A program made the position numbers and the translations under genes. Under the pieces are notes generated by a model, which was not told the DNA's origin, ran no database searches, and saw only the letters and a program-made list of their open reading frames with translations. A DNA stretch of 63,342 nucleotides, filler included, from Octopus bimaculoides (taxonomy: Eukaryota), in assembly GCF_001194135.2 (NCBI RefSeq). It is 6 parts of 5 records of this genome, joined end to end, with 100 filler letters (N's around TTAATTAATTAA, not from the genome) between each part and the next. Parts side by side here need not be neighbours in the genome. Positions count along the whole stretch, not along the records: positions 1 to 22,058 come from NC_068983.1; positions 22,159 to 43,189 come from NC_068984.1; 4 more parts are not named here. One strand, given 5' to 3'. Positions 11,476-23,477 of the stretch are shown piece by piece. How positions within the stretch are numbered: position 1 is the stretch's first letter; each line of letters starts with the position of its first letter.

Positions 11476-11510
11476 TGTTTCCGACGAAGAGATAGGCTCG
11501 AAAGTTAATA
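11476..11510 (+). ncRNA. Degenerate minimal type-I hammerhead-like motif
   Basis: GTTT-CCGACGA-A-GAGATAGGCTC-GAAA-GTT-AATAC: core CnGAnGA, short stem II, then GAAA. It carries a U4C change and has lost C15.2. Confidence 0.4.
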
Positions 11511-13354
11511 CAACTCTCTTCTTTCTACGTCTGCACGTTTGTTTTTTGTTTTTTTTCTCTTTTTTAATTGAATATATATATATATTTTTTTTTCAGTTGC
11601 AGGCAATGGTCAGTTGACTGTTGACACCGTCTGAGGAAATGCCAAAATACAAAACAAACAAAAGATTGAACTCGGAACATAAAGAGCCTCCACAAAAAAA
11701 AATCCATAAGCATTTTTTTCCCGATATTCTAATTATTATTTTAATGCACCGTTTGAGAGTTAAAACCTACCATATAAAGTAATGCAAATGATGATATACA
11801 TGAAAATACAAGTGTGTGTATATATATAATTTCTATAACCATGTTATATATATTTATATACCCTTTACATACATATATGTACGTATTTATTTTGCTATGT
11901 GTGCTTTAATTTTGTTTTGTTCAACGCATTTATGATTATTCACAAATAAATGCATAATCTGTGTGCCATACTGTTTGCTGAAAGGAAGTAGGTGCCGTCA
12001 ATAAAGGAGCTTCTACGTGATCCCTCAACCTGGTAGATATAGCAGCCAAATGTCCCTCAAATGATTTGCTATTATCATAAAAAGAGGATATCATAGACGG
12101 CGTGGTCAGAATTGAAATACTTTTTCTCATAGCTCTACTTAAACAGGATCGACATGGGCTAGAAAATACATCAACATAAAATATATTGAATTTGGATTTC
12201 GGCTCATTGACGACTCAGAAACACTGGTAAAAGATTTCAATGAAATATCTCTAACTGAGAGAATCTATATTAAATCATTTTGGTTATTTAGCCCGTTGAT
12301 ATTCTCAGAATTAATTATTTCCTATTTAGAAGAATTCACTACTACTTCCGGATGAAAATAATTTCAAATTTTATCCTTTTGACTTTTATTTACTCATCAA
12401 GAGTTTTAATACGGTTTCTGATTTAGGCACAGGGCAAGTTTTGATTGAGTAAATCGATTACATCGATCCTAATATTTAGCTGATATTTATTTTATCTGGT
12501 TCGAAAGGGTGAACATCGTAACCTCCACGAGATTGGAATTCGGAACGTAATGAACTGAAACAAACGCCACAAAATATTTCGAGGCCTTGATACCGACATT
12601 ATGGAAGAATCACTACATATCTGTATTTGCGTGAAAAGGTTAGTTGTTTAGACCCAAGTCATCTCCAATCGAGCAGACATTTCAACAAAGTGGTCCGCTC
12701 GTAACAATTCAGATTTTGTTCAATATAGTGTATCTATTGTCCTCTTTCAGAGTATAATAATAGGGTTATTTGAGAGACTTGTCTCATTTTTCTAACAGAG
12801 GAAGCAACCACATATCGGTTCCTTCGTTGGTTCGTGGCTCCTGCGATTATTTGCTTCTACTTCTGATGTTATCACTGTTTTATTTATACAGTATTATTGT
12901 TGTTATTGCTGTTGTACAGCTGCTGCTTTCCTCTTGAAAACGAGTAGCAATTAGCAAATCTAAGGTTAAAAATTTAACGGTCGACAGTTCTCAATATTTT
13001 GCCTGTTCCAAACAAAACGGTCTTTTGGAATTGCTCCAAATTTGTTTCCATTTCTAGCTCTCTCAACTCTTTGATATTTTTACAAAGCATTCCTTGTTTT
13101 AACAATCATCGCTGGAATAGTTTCTTTTCTATTTTTTATTTTATTCTTATTTATTTACTTTTTTTTGCAATAATCAAATTATTCTTATCTTGACCTTTGG
13201 TGTTTTTGGTTTCTTATTTCTATTTCAACTCCGTTGTATTGAAGTCAGTTATATCTATGATTATTCATTTTGAATGGCCTCTCAATCTGCAAGAATCAAC
13301 AGCCAAATAATTCTCAAATTACACCTTATCGTTTTGGAAAATTACATTGTATCC

Positions 13355-13510
13355 TTTATTCGTTTCAGTCATTGAACTGTGTGGGTATGCTGGGGCACTA
13401 TTTTGAAGGGTCTAATCGAACAAATTGACCCCAGCACTTACTTTTTAAGCCCTGTACTTATTCTATCGGACTCTTTCACCGAACGAATGACTTGTGTGAA
13501 CGTAAACGTC
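13355..13510 (-). mobile_element. SINE family A right half
   Basis: Reverse complement of the family A 3' half. Confidence 0.75.
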
Positions 13511-13696
13511 CGGTAGCGGTATAACAGCCGAATATCATATGAGTGCTTTTATGCACCATGCGTCTATATGAGAGGTCTTCTCAAGGTAAATAACACAACT
13601 AGATATGAAGATTGCTTTTGGAATTAATACCGCTTCTATCGCATTTTATTAAATGTGTACATATATATATATATAATCATAATAATAATAATAATA

Positions 13697-13959
13697 ATAC
13701 AAAATGGGACAAGAACGCAAAACTTCCAGACAGTTAGGTGATACAAGAAAGGGACAACAAAACATCCAGATAGACGATACAAAGAAAACACAGACAGGTC
13801 ATTCGGAGTTGTCTTTCCTCAGTCGAGATTCAGATTATCTTTGCAATTTCGGCTGGTTATTCTCGATATTGCTCCAATCTGGCCAGCCTCAAGGAAAAAC
13901 TAAGCTAAGAGCATCAAATTACTTGGAAGAAAGCAGCGAATGTATACAAAAACAAGGAC
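13697..13959. mobile_element. Repeat family P1 (probable Penelope-related non-autonomous element)
   Basis: ATACAAAATGGGACAAGA.CGCAAAAC.TCCAGA and ATCCAGATAGACGATACAAAGAAA recur at 42158-42210, where the element carries a hammerhead-like motif. Confidence 0.55.
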
Positions 13960-14314
13960 NNNNNNNNNNNNNNNNNNNNNNNNNNNNNNNNNNNNNNNNN
14001 NNNNNNNNNNNNNNNNNNNNNNNNNNNNNNNNNNNNNNNNNNNNNNNNNNNNNNNNNNNNNNNNNNNNNNNNNNNNNNNNNNNNNNNNNNNNNNNNNNNN
14101 NNNNNNNNNNNNNNNNNNNNNNNNNNNNNNNNNNNNNNNNNNNNNNNNNNNNNNNNNNNNNNNNNNNNNNNNNNNNNNNNNNNNNNNNNNNNNNNNNNNN
14201 NNNNNNNNNNNNNNNNNNNNNNNNNNNNNNNNNNNACACACACACACACACATATATATATATACATATATTTATATATAGCGGCGTACGTACACTTTGT
14301 CTCTTATATGTAAG

Positions 14315-14406
<92 letters not shown>

Positions 14407-14695
14407 GAGAGAGTTATTAGCGTAGGGTAATACAGTTAGTTACTAAGTAAAATAAATAATTCTGGTTCGTCATTATGATGAGTTGAAATACAATTGCACA
14501 AGTATACAAACTTGTGTGATGCTTCTATTTATCACACTCGTACAGATATGGAAATTAAGGCAGGCCGATTTAATTGTCTCCAACTTCGTATATACTGCAA
14601 ATAGCTATATACTACTCTTCTCTCTATAAGAAAGAAAATATAACCGACCACTGATGAAATTGTAAAGGAAAAAAAATAGAAAGAAGTTAAATAAT

Positions 14696-14859
14696 AAGCG
14701 CAGACATGGCTGTGTGGTTAAGAGGCTTGTTTTGTAACAACGTGGTCTCTGGTTCGGTCCAACTGCCCGGAACCGTGAGCACGTGTGCCTTTTACTATAG
14801 TTCTGGACCAACAAATGACTTGTGAGCGAATTTGGTAGACGAAAACTGGAAGAAGCCTG

Positions 14860-14907
<48 letters not shown>

Positions 14908-15100
14908 TGTTAGAGTGTAGTTTGTGTTTATCTTTGTACCTTTACCAGTGATGGTTTGTTTACATCCCTGTAACGTAGTGGTTTGACAAAAGATACCGGT
15001 AGAATATCTATCAGACTTTAAAAAAAAGTACTAGTGCCAATTTGTTCCATTGTGATCCAGCATGGCAGCAGACCTATGACAAACAAATAAAAGAAAAATA
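14696..15100 (+). mobile_element. SINE family A, full length with internal (TA)n
   Basis: Head, CORE-like part, (TA)n at 14862-14906, right half. Confidence 0.85.
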
Positions 15101-15634
15101 TAAAACACGGAAGATAGGTCAATCTTTTCTCTGATTACAGAGAGAACAAATGCAATTTAGCCACCTGTGATTTATCTAAATTTATAGCCGTTTGTTTCTA
15201 TTTATCAACTGGACAGACCGGATCCATCAGAAGTATAATACCTTCTCTTGTTTTTAAAACGTAAGTGTCTTGGATGACATTTGGGTGGGATTTAAGTAAC
15301 ATTTAGATGTTTTTTTCTATGAAGTCTAGTGAGCGCCTGGAAGTTTCTTTATTGACAAAGAAAACTTAAATGGTTGCCACATATTAATCGTAATTCGTTC
15401 TGGGAATTTCTAATGGTGTTTCAGCTACAGATAAAATATGTTCTGAAATGATTCGCCTGTTGTTTACCGCAAGCAAATCCAAAAAGCAACAGAAGCAATA
15501 AGATGTATATAAAGGAATTATGAGAATGAGGAAACAAAATAAATCTCAGTCTGAGACCGAATCAAATAAAAATACGTATGAACTCCTTTAGATTCTACGT
15601 GGAGCAAGCATCAAAATCAAATGTTAAAGCAAAG

Positions 15635-16560
15635 TATTGGGTCATCCCATAAATAATGGGTTTTTTTATACTTCTCTAATTTTTTAAAATTAAGATAGAC
15701 AAAATTCTTTTTGAATCTAAAATATACTCTCCTTCATTTTCTACAATGTTCTTCCATCTATCTGGTACACTTGCAAGTGTTCCTCTTCGAAAATTCACTT
15801 GTCTGTGACGAAAAATGCTCCTCCAGTACTGTTCTGAACTCGTCTACAGAATTCGTATTTTTTCCGTCCAAATAATTTTGAAGACTGCAGAATAAATGAT
15901 AGTCAGATGGGGCAATGTCTGGCGAATATGGTGGGTGGGGCATCGCTTCCCATTCAAACTCTTCCAGCCTTTAGAATGTCATCCTCGCTGCATGTGGCTG
16001 AGCATTTATCCTGATGGAAGAACACCTTTTGTCTTGAAACCAAGGATGGTCGTTTTCCGATGGCACGCAGGTGTTGATGAATGGTTGAATGACCAAATCC
16101 AAGCTTCTCTGCTTGTTCTTCAACAGTTACATTTTAGTTCCAGCAGGGTTTGCAGGACATACTCGTCGAGCTCTACAGATCTTCCAGGACGAGGTTAGTC
16201 TTCTAGACTCTAGTTTCCGGCTCGGAATTTCTGGAACCACCGTTGAGACTGGCTTACGGTTATTGTCCGATCCCCATATACTGTATTAATATTCCTTGCA
16301 CTTTCCGTTGCGTTGTTGCCATTATTGAACTCAAAACGCAAAATATGCCGAATATGCTCCTTTGTCACTTCCATTATAGTTTTGAAAAAAATAACTGTTA
16401 AAATCGAACTGCACTCTTCAAAATTTGCAATAAGAATAAGTAGAAGGTAAAATTACTATCTGCTTTTATAGCAAGTTGATGCAAGTAGTTTATCCCGTCC
16501 TCCTCCGACTTTTAGTTCATGCAATTGAAAAAACCGCATTATTTATGGGATGACCCAATA
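15635..16560 (-). mobile_element. Mariner transposon, internally deleted, both TIRs present
   Basis: TIRs TA-TTGGGTCATCCCATAAATAATG at 15635 and the reverse complement ending at 16560. Translation NAQPHAARMTF*RLEEFEWEAMPHPPYSPDIAPSDYHLF (mariner HPPYSPDLAPSDY motif). 926 bp, shorter than a full element. Confidence 0.95.
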
Positions 16561-16626
16561 TATCATTATCATAACGTTTACCAAATAATTTTGATGACAG
16601 CTCAGCGTAGGAATATGATGTCAATA

Positions 16627-16818
16627 GAGCTTTTATCTTTTACCTGTTTCACTCGCTGAACTGCAGTCATACTGGGGCACAACCTTTTAAGGATTTAGTC
16701 GACAAATCGATTTCAGTACTTATTTTTATGCCTGATACTTATTCTATCGGTCTTTTGTCGAACAGCTAAATAACGAGGATGTAAACAAACCAGCACTGGA
16801 TGTCAAGTGATGATGGAT

Positions 16819-16908
<90 letters not shown>

Positions 16909-17000
16909 CACGTGCACATTTGGCTCTCACAGTTTCCCCTCTACCAAATTCAATCACAAAAGCATTGGTCGGCCCAGGACTATAGTAGAAGACGCTTGCT
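16627..17000 (-). mobile_element. SINE family A with internal (CA)n(TA)n, 5' truncated
   Basis: Right half 16627-16800, microsatellite 16820-16910, left half 16915-17000; an extra + strand tail follows to about 17105. Confidence 0.8.
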
Positions 17001-17788
17001 CCAAAATAATAAATACTGATGTCGACTTGTTTCGACTAAAACCCTTCATAGTGTTGCTCCAGCATGGCTGCTGTTCAATAACTGTTACAAGTGAAAGATA
17101 AAAGAAATAAGATGCAATGTGTATATATATATACGTACATATTTTAAGTAATCTAAAGTCCGTTCATGAATTTACGATATATTTTAACTTCTAAAGACAA
17201 ATTCGTGGCAGTTTCTGAGGAGGATAATAATTCGCTAGAGGAAAACACTATGCAGATATGGGTGTTTTTACACTTTTTACTATAAGCGAGATTTTTTTCC
17301 TCTATCGACGGTAACTGCAGTGAATTTATTTTTAGAAGTTAAAATATGTCACAAACGTATTTTAACTAACCTAAAGTTCGTTTATTCCTCATCTGTGCGT
17401 AGCGTTAAGACTACTTTATGTGTGTGAGTATGTGATATACTAGAATTTAAAACCTAATCGAGACGAAAATTAATTACTGCTAAGAATTTATACGAACTTT
17501 GATTTCATGAGCGCACCCCAGCAATGACGAACATCCTAATATTCCGTTCCACGCGTTTATATGTTATTTAAGAAGAGATATATTTTGATGCATCCATACC
17601 CAACTTTTTTTCTTCATGTCAGGGTGAGTATTAGAAATTTCCTGACCCAATATGAAAATTAGCTCACCCATGACTGAGCTAACATAAAGACATTTTTCTG
17701 TCTCACAGCGTCCAAAGTCTATACTCGACAATATATCTACGAGAAATTGGGGCATAGCAAATCAAATAGTCGGTACCATTATGTATAT

Positions 17789-18556
17789 ATGCATATATAG
17801 GTACAGGACGTCACCAACGGTGCAAATAGCATACATAGAAGAGATACACACAGGACGTGGACAGTAATTACTGGACAAAAAACGAGTGAAAATACGTAAA
17901 ACAACTAGAAACAAATAGCAAACAGGACAAGTTAACACAGAAAAAGGACCCTTCATCAGTTGTCGGCTGTTTATCTACTCCTCATTTCGAGCATTCAACT
18001 GATAATGAGTCTTCAAAGACAGTAGCTCCCATAAATTCTAAAATAAAATTTAGGATTTATGGAGGGTCAAAGTTGAGAACAAAAGAATAAGTGTAACCAT
18101 CTTTCTGTTCCTGCTCGGACGTCTAAACGACTTGACGTTTTGTTTCTCTCTCTCTCTCTCTTCTATCTTTTCAAAAGATGTTTCTCCCAGCGTTCGCTAT
18201 TCTCTTTTCGTTCCGGTCTAACGACCCTCCATGTTTGTTTTCGTCCGGTTTCCTTGTATGTTTCCTCTGTTATCTTTTGTTCCCAACTTTGACCGTCCAT
18301 AAATCCTAAATTTTATTTTAGAATTTATGGGAGCGACTGTCTTTGAAGACTCATATTTTCGTTGAATGGTCGAAATAAGGAGTAGATAGACAGCCAACAA
18401 CCGATGAAGGGTTCTTTTTCTGTCCTGTTTTCCATTTCTTCTCGTTGTTTCATATTTCACTCGTCTTTGTCCTGTAATTACTGTCCACGTCTTGTGCCTA
18501 TCTCTTGTGTGCATGTTATTTGCTCCGTTGGTGACGTCCTGTACCCATATATGCAT
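17789..18556. repeat. Long inverted repeat of family P2 (arms 17789-18090 and 18269-18556)
   Basis: Arms align along about 290-300 bp (e.g. ATGCATATAT(A/G)GGTACAGGACGTCACCAACGG; CCCATAAATTCTAAAATAAAATTTAGGATTTATGGA). A third single copy lies at 59770-59930. Confidence 0.9.
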
Positions 18557-18565
18557 GTATGTGTT

Positions 18566-18646
<81 letters not shown>

Positions 18647-18700
18647 TATTTATTTAATTTGAACGCGACGCTTCCATTCCAATTTAGTATATATGCATAT

Positions 18701-19016
18701 GAAGGCGTGTGGCTTAGCTGTTAGGGTTTCGACTCACGATCGTAAGGTTGTGAGTTCAATTCCCGGCGATGCGTTGTGTCCTTGAGCAAGATACTTTATT
18801 TCACGTTGCTCCAGTCCACTCAGCTGGCAAAAATGAGTAGTACCTGTATTTCAAAGGGCCAACCTTGTTACACTCTGTGTCACAATCCCCTGAGAATTAC
18901 ATTAATGGTACACGTGTCTGTGGAATGCTCAGCCATTTGCACGTTCATTTGACGAGCAAGCTGTTCCATTGATCGTATCAGCTGGGACCCTCGTCGTCGT
19001 AACCGACGGAGTGCTC
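18701..19016 (+). mobile_element. tRNA-derived SINE family C
   Basis: Head GAAGGCGTGTGGCTTAG..GAGTTCAATTCCC; body GGTACACGTGTCTGTGGA; tail GTAACCGACGGAGTGC. An inverted relative lies at 61518-61763. Confidence 0.85.
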
Positions 19017-19059
19017 CTTTATATATATGTATAATAAATATCCATAGCAGCCTACAGAG

Positions 19060-19242
19060 GGAAATAATCTTTCCTACTTCAGAGAGGGGGCCAGTCGATT
19101 AGCTAGACCCCAATACGCAACTAGTACTTAATTTATCAGGCAAAGTCAACCTCGGCGGAATTTGAACACAGAACGTAAAGACAGATGAAATACTGCTAAG
19201 AATTTCGCCCGGCGTGCTAACGTTTCTGCTAGTTCGCCGCGA
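19060..19242 (-). mobile_element. SINE family B
   Basis: Reverse complement of the family B head and body. Confidence 0.85.
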
Positions 19243-19272
19243 GGGAAATAATAAACAGTAAGAGTAAACTTC

Positions 19273-20291
19273 GATTTTTTATTTCCCACAAGGGGTACAC
19301 ACAGAAGGGGACAATACAAGACATGTGGGGACACGAAACAAAGGAAAGAAAAACAAAAATGAAAAAAAAAACGTATGTAAACAAGATGAAATGAAACATG
19401 AAATGAAAGATGTAATGAAGCTCCTCGGCCCCACCTCCGAGCAGCTTCATTTATACCTTTTTAACACTTTTTAAACTTTGTACCGGCCAAAATATCCACC
19501 TTGTATTTGTGTAACAGCTCTAAGTATATTACATACCATGGCAGCTGATCAATATCCACATCCAGCTTCCAGCATTTCTATCCGTGTTTATATTTCGGTA
19601 TTATTGTTCTTTGCTCTTCAGTTAATATTACGCAGTCGCCCACCAAAAACGAAGGCGACAAGCTGGCAGAAACGTTAGAACGCCGGGTGAAATGCTTAGC
19701 GATATTTCGTCTTATGTTATGTTATGTTCTGATTTCAAATTTGGCCGAGGTCGACTTTGCCTTTTATCCTTTCGGGGTCGATAAATTAAGCACCAGTGCG
19801 TAATCGATGTAATCGACTTAATCCCTTTGTCTGTCCTTGTTTGTCCCCTCTATGTTTAGCCCCTTGTGGGCAATAAAGAAATAAGTTAATATTACGCAGT
19901 TATGCCATCCTTCAAATATTGTCATGCTTTTTTTTGTGTCTGCTCCTATAGATTCTCGCCATGATGATATCTCTTTACAAAGTTCCTTGTTCGAACCATC
20001 ATACATGATTGCGTAACAGTTTTTTCCTTTTGCCGGAAGAGGGGAGGTTTGAGAGTTTTTGACTGAATGTGCTCTTTTTTGTGTCAGAGGGGTGGAGAAA
20101 GGTTTGGTGTCTGTAGGGGGAGGGTGGGACGAAGAGGGTGCGGGTGGGTGTTGGGTGGAGGTCTGTGTCCATTTGACTTGTTTTTTTTTCGTTTTCTTCT
20201 TTTTCTTTTTCCCGTCGTCTCCCATTCATTACCTGTTTCATTTTCTTTTTCCTCTGTTGTTGGTGGTACTACCTCTTCTTTCATTGGTTCT
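19273..20291 (-). mobile_element. Non-LTR retroelement fragment with an ORF1-like remnant and 24-bp TSD
   Basis: Exact direct repeat TAATAAACAGTAAGAGTAAACTTC at 19249-19272 and 20292-20315. The minus-strand 3' end ..TTGTCCCCTTCTGTGTGTACCCCTTGTGGGAAATAAAAAA matches the family B SINE tail. Coding remnant EWETTGKRKRRKRKK..CYAIMYDGSNKELCKEISSWRESIGADTKK. Confidence 0.7.
19637..19883 (+). mobile_element. SINE family B, full length with 17-bp TSD, nested in the element above
   Basis: AGTTAATATTACGCAGT at 19620-19636 and 19884-19900. Confidence 0.95.
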
Positions 20292-21203
20292 TAATAAACA
20301 GTAAGAGTAAACTTCTGATAATTGATATCAAGGAATTGCGTGAGATTTTACAGTTCTGTTACACAGCGAGTCTATTTCGCTGAGTGCGGTGGAAGAGGTC
20401 CAAAATATACAGCTGTTATATTATCACAATGCCAAAGTTTAGCTAAACTCTGAAAGAACTAACTCTTTGGCATCGTAAACTAATCCCTTAGCTAAGTGCT
20501 ATTGCATAGCTCCTGGCGTTCTGAATTCCTTTCAAAGAGGCTGTAACCTACATCAAAGCAAAATGGGTAAACGCTGAATAGATGTTAACACTTTTAAAAA
20601 CGGATTTCGATACCCTACTGTACGTAATCGCCGACGAAGCCACATTACAAATGCAGAAATATGGAAGCGTCGAATTGCCTCATTCATCAAATACTAAACG
20701 CAATGCTGAAGGCGGTGCTTTTAACATGATCAAGCCAATAAAAGAGAATACACGCTAACACGCATACACACACATATACCCACATACATATGCGTATGTA
20801 TAATTTAGTGATATAAATGTATACTTAGAAATGTAAACATCAAAAATTAATATGGTTATATTTTACTCTCTTGGCCAATGTCTCATTTCGTCAGTGTATG
20901 AATCATCATCACATAAGCTAAGGCTTAATGCAAGTTTTTTACAGCTGTTTCGTATATAGCCATAATATTCGGTGTTATGCTTATAAATAAGACCATATAA
21001 TACATAATAAAATATCTTCGCAGAAGTGAAAAAAAAAATACAGGTGATCCTTCATAAGGGATCAGACATATCCAGAGAATTAACTGAATTTTTTTTTTAA
21101 ATGAGTATTAAATAGGGTACAACTCCTGAACCAAATGCCATCTTTTGTTTGTATTCACAAGATTAATTGTGTGTGTGTATGTGTGTGTGTTTGTGTGTGT
21201 GTT

Positions 21204-21235
<32 letters not shown>

Positions 21236-21699
21236 CGTGTGTGTGTGTATGTGTGTTTGTGTGTAATGGAATAAATGTAATAACAGTACCTCAATTTCTG
21301 GATTTACAGTATTATAATCCGAGACTGTATTATAGTCTTGGAACTTCCTTTTGTTTGAAAGCATTTCCTTTAAGAAAACCTTTCCATTTCTATGCACCCT
21401 GTTAGCTAGTATTCACATTCACAGGAGTGCTGACTGAGGTAACCGCTTGATATCCGTGTGAATATATTATAAGTGTAGTTAAGTAAACTAACTAAAAAAC
21501 AAAGCACAAACTATTATTTAAAAAAACTGTTATTATTAAGTTCCCGATTATAGAGAAAGTAGAAGAGTCTCAATGGAAAAAAAATAAGAAAAGTAAATCG
21601 TGAAAAGGGAAATGAAATGGAAAGNNNNNNNNNNATATATATATATATATATATATAGACATATATATATATATACATACATATCTACACATAACTAAC

Positions 21700-22040
21700 C
21701 CGACTCCGTCAGTCACGAATGACCATGAGCGCAACGAAGAGATTCCCCTCCGGGGTGCAAGTCTGAGCGGAAAGTTGCCTCACCGAGGAACGCACAACTT
21801 AGGGTTGTTTTTATGGAAGACCAGCAGTCGCCCATGCATACCAGCCTCCCCTCTACCGGCCACCGATGTTATCCAAGGGAAAGGCAAAGGCCAATACAGC
21901 TTCACACAAGTGAGTGAACGGGTGCAACGTGAAATAAAGTGTCTTGCTCAAGAACACAACACGCAGCCCGGTCCGGGAATCGAACTCACAGCCTCACGAT
22001 CATAAGTTCGATGCTTTAACTACTGAGCCATGCGCCTTCA
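21700..22040 (-). mobile_element. tRNA-derived SINE with a Nin/Deu-like central domain
   Basis: Minus head TGAAGGCGCATGGCTCAGTAGTT..GAGTTCGATTCCC; body TGCATGGGCGACTGCTGGTCTTCCATAA (Nin/Deu resemblance from memory). A CpG-decayed relative lies at 46658-46995 on +. Confidence 0.7.
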
Positions 22041-22177
22041 CATACATACTAATCATATNNNNNNNNNNNNNNNNNNNNNNNNNNNNNNNNNNNNNNNNNN
22101 NNTTAATTAATTAANNNNNNNNNNNNNNNNNNNNNNNNNNNNNNNNNNNNNNNNNNNNATATATATATATATATATA

Positions 22178-22470
22178 GGCACATGGCCTAGTAGTTTGAG
22201 TGTTGTACTCATAATCGTGAGATTGTGGTTTCAATTCCTAGTCCGGGTGGTGCGTTGTGTCCTTCAACAAAACACTTCATCTCCCGTTGTTATACAACCA
22301 CATCGACACGTGACACGCGGCACACCATGGCACCTATTCAGACAGCGTCGATTTGATAGAGAGGAGTGGGCTAATGTGCGGCACGAACATCTAGTCACTA
22401 TAAACAAATCATTTGTTCAGGTTCTACGGCAAAAGCTGAACGATCATACGTCATTTACGACGGGAGAGAG
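22178..22470 (+). mobile_element. tRNA-derived SINE with a C-type head and a distinct body
   Basis: GGCACATGGCCTAGTAG..GGTTTCAATTCCT..GTTGTGTCCTT..; tail CATTTACGACGGGAGAG. Confidence 0.65.
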
Positions 22471-22509
22471 AGAGACCATCATATATAAATATATATGTAA
22501 TGTGTTTCT

Positions 22510-22745
22510 GATTGTGTATGTAGTTGTCTTTTTTCGTCTATGTTTGTCCCCACAATCGTTTGACAGCTGGTGTCGGTGTATTTACCGCTCCGTCATTTAG
22601 TGGTTCGGCAAAACAGACCGATAGAATAAGTACTAAGCTTTAAAAACCTATAAACTACAGCGCTTGAACCATTTCACTAAAAAGGTTCCAAGGTGGTGCT
22701 CCATCATGGGCACAGTCTCGTGACGGAACAAATGAAAGATACAAC
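22510..22745 (+). mobile_element. SINE family A right half
   Basis: TTTGTCCCCAC..TTGACAGCTGGTG..GGTTCGGCAAA..GATAGAATAAGTACT..GGTGCTCCA.CATGG. Confidence 0.75.
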
Positions 22746-23149
22746 ATGGAAGATGTTTCGGTATTTGTCTAATAACAGAAGGAAACTGGACATAAATTTC
22801 ACAGACATTTTAATGAAGAACTAAGAAATTGTCCACATAACTGAAAGACATTTGGTAATATCGGTGCTTTCTCACTAAATATAATATGGTAAGAGAGGTC
22901 TAAAAGTCTATATGAAGGAGAGATAATCATTTGTGGGTAAAAATGGCAAGAGGAGACAACTTCGAAATTTAAATTGATAAAGTTTAATGCAAATGGAATA
23001 AAGTTAAAATAAGAGAAAGTGTGTTTAATGTTTGCAATGTGCTGATAATTCCACAAGATAATATTTTAAATGTTGTTGATTTTCCTATCGATATTTTTAT
23101 CTCCTATATTTCTCGCTGCAGTTTCGAGTTCCCCTCTGGCGCTGTCATC

Positions 23150-23240
23150 GTCATCATGGTTATCATCGTAATCATCATCACCATTAACGACAACATCAAC
23201 ATCAAAATCATCCTCATAATCACCATCACCATTATAATCC

Positions 23241-23276
<36 letters not shown>

Positions 23277-23382
23277 ACAGCAGCACCACCAACATCATTA
23301 CTATCATTCCTACTCCGTTATTACCACCATATATACCCCCATCACATTTTTCATCCCCTTATCTCCGTTCCTGATACATCAC

Positions 23383-23477
<95 letters not shown>

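Noticed and set aside
14483-14522. AATTGCAC (miR-92 seed) with an 11-bp stem; a similar seed lies at about 55798
   Set aside because: The loop falls inside the would-be mature sequence, the 3' half is unlike miR-92, and there is no partner arm at 55.8 kb.
17940-17995. CTGATGA plus an upstream CGAAA on the minus strand of family P2 as a hammerhead
   Set aside because: I cannot build stems II and III or a GUH cleavage site in any permutation.
22103-22114. TTAATTAATTAA between N runs, identical at 43234, 49001, 56174 and 61103
   Set aside because: Each sits in the middle of a gap of about 100 bp and has stops in all six frames. It is a scaffolding linker, not biology.
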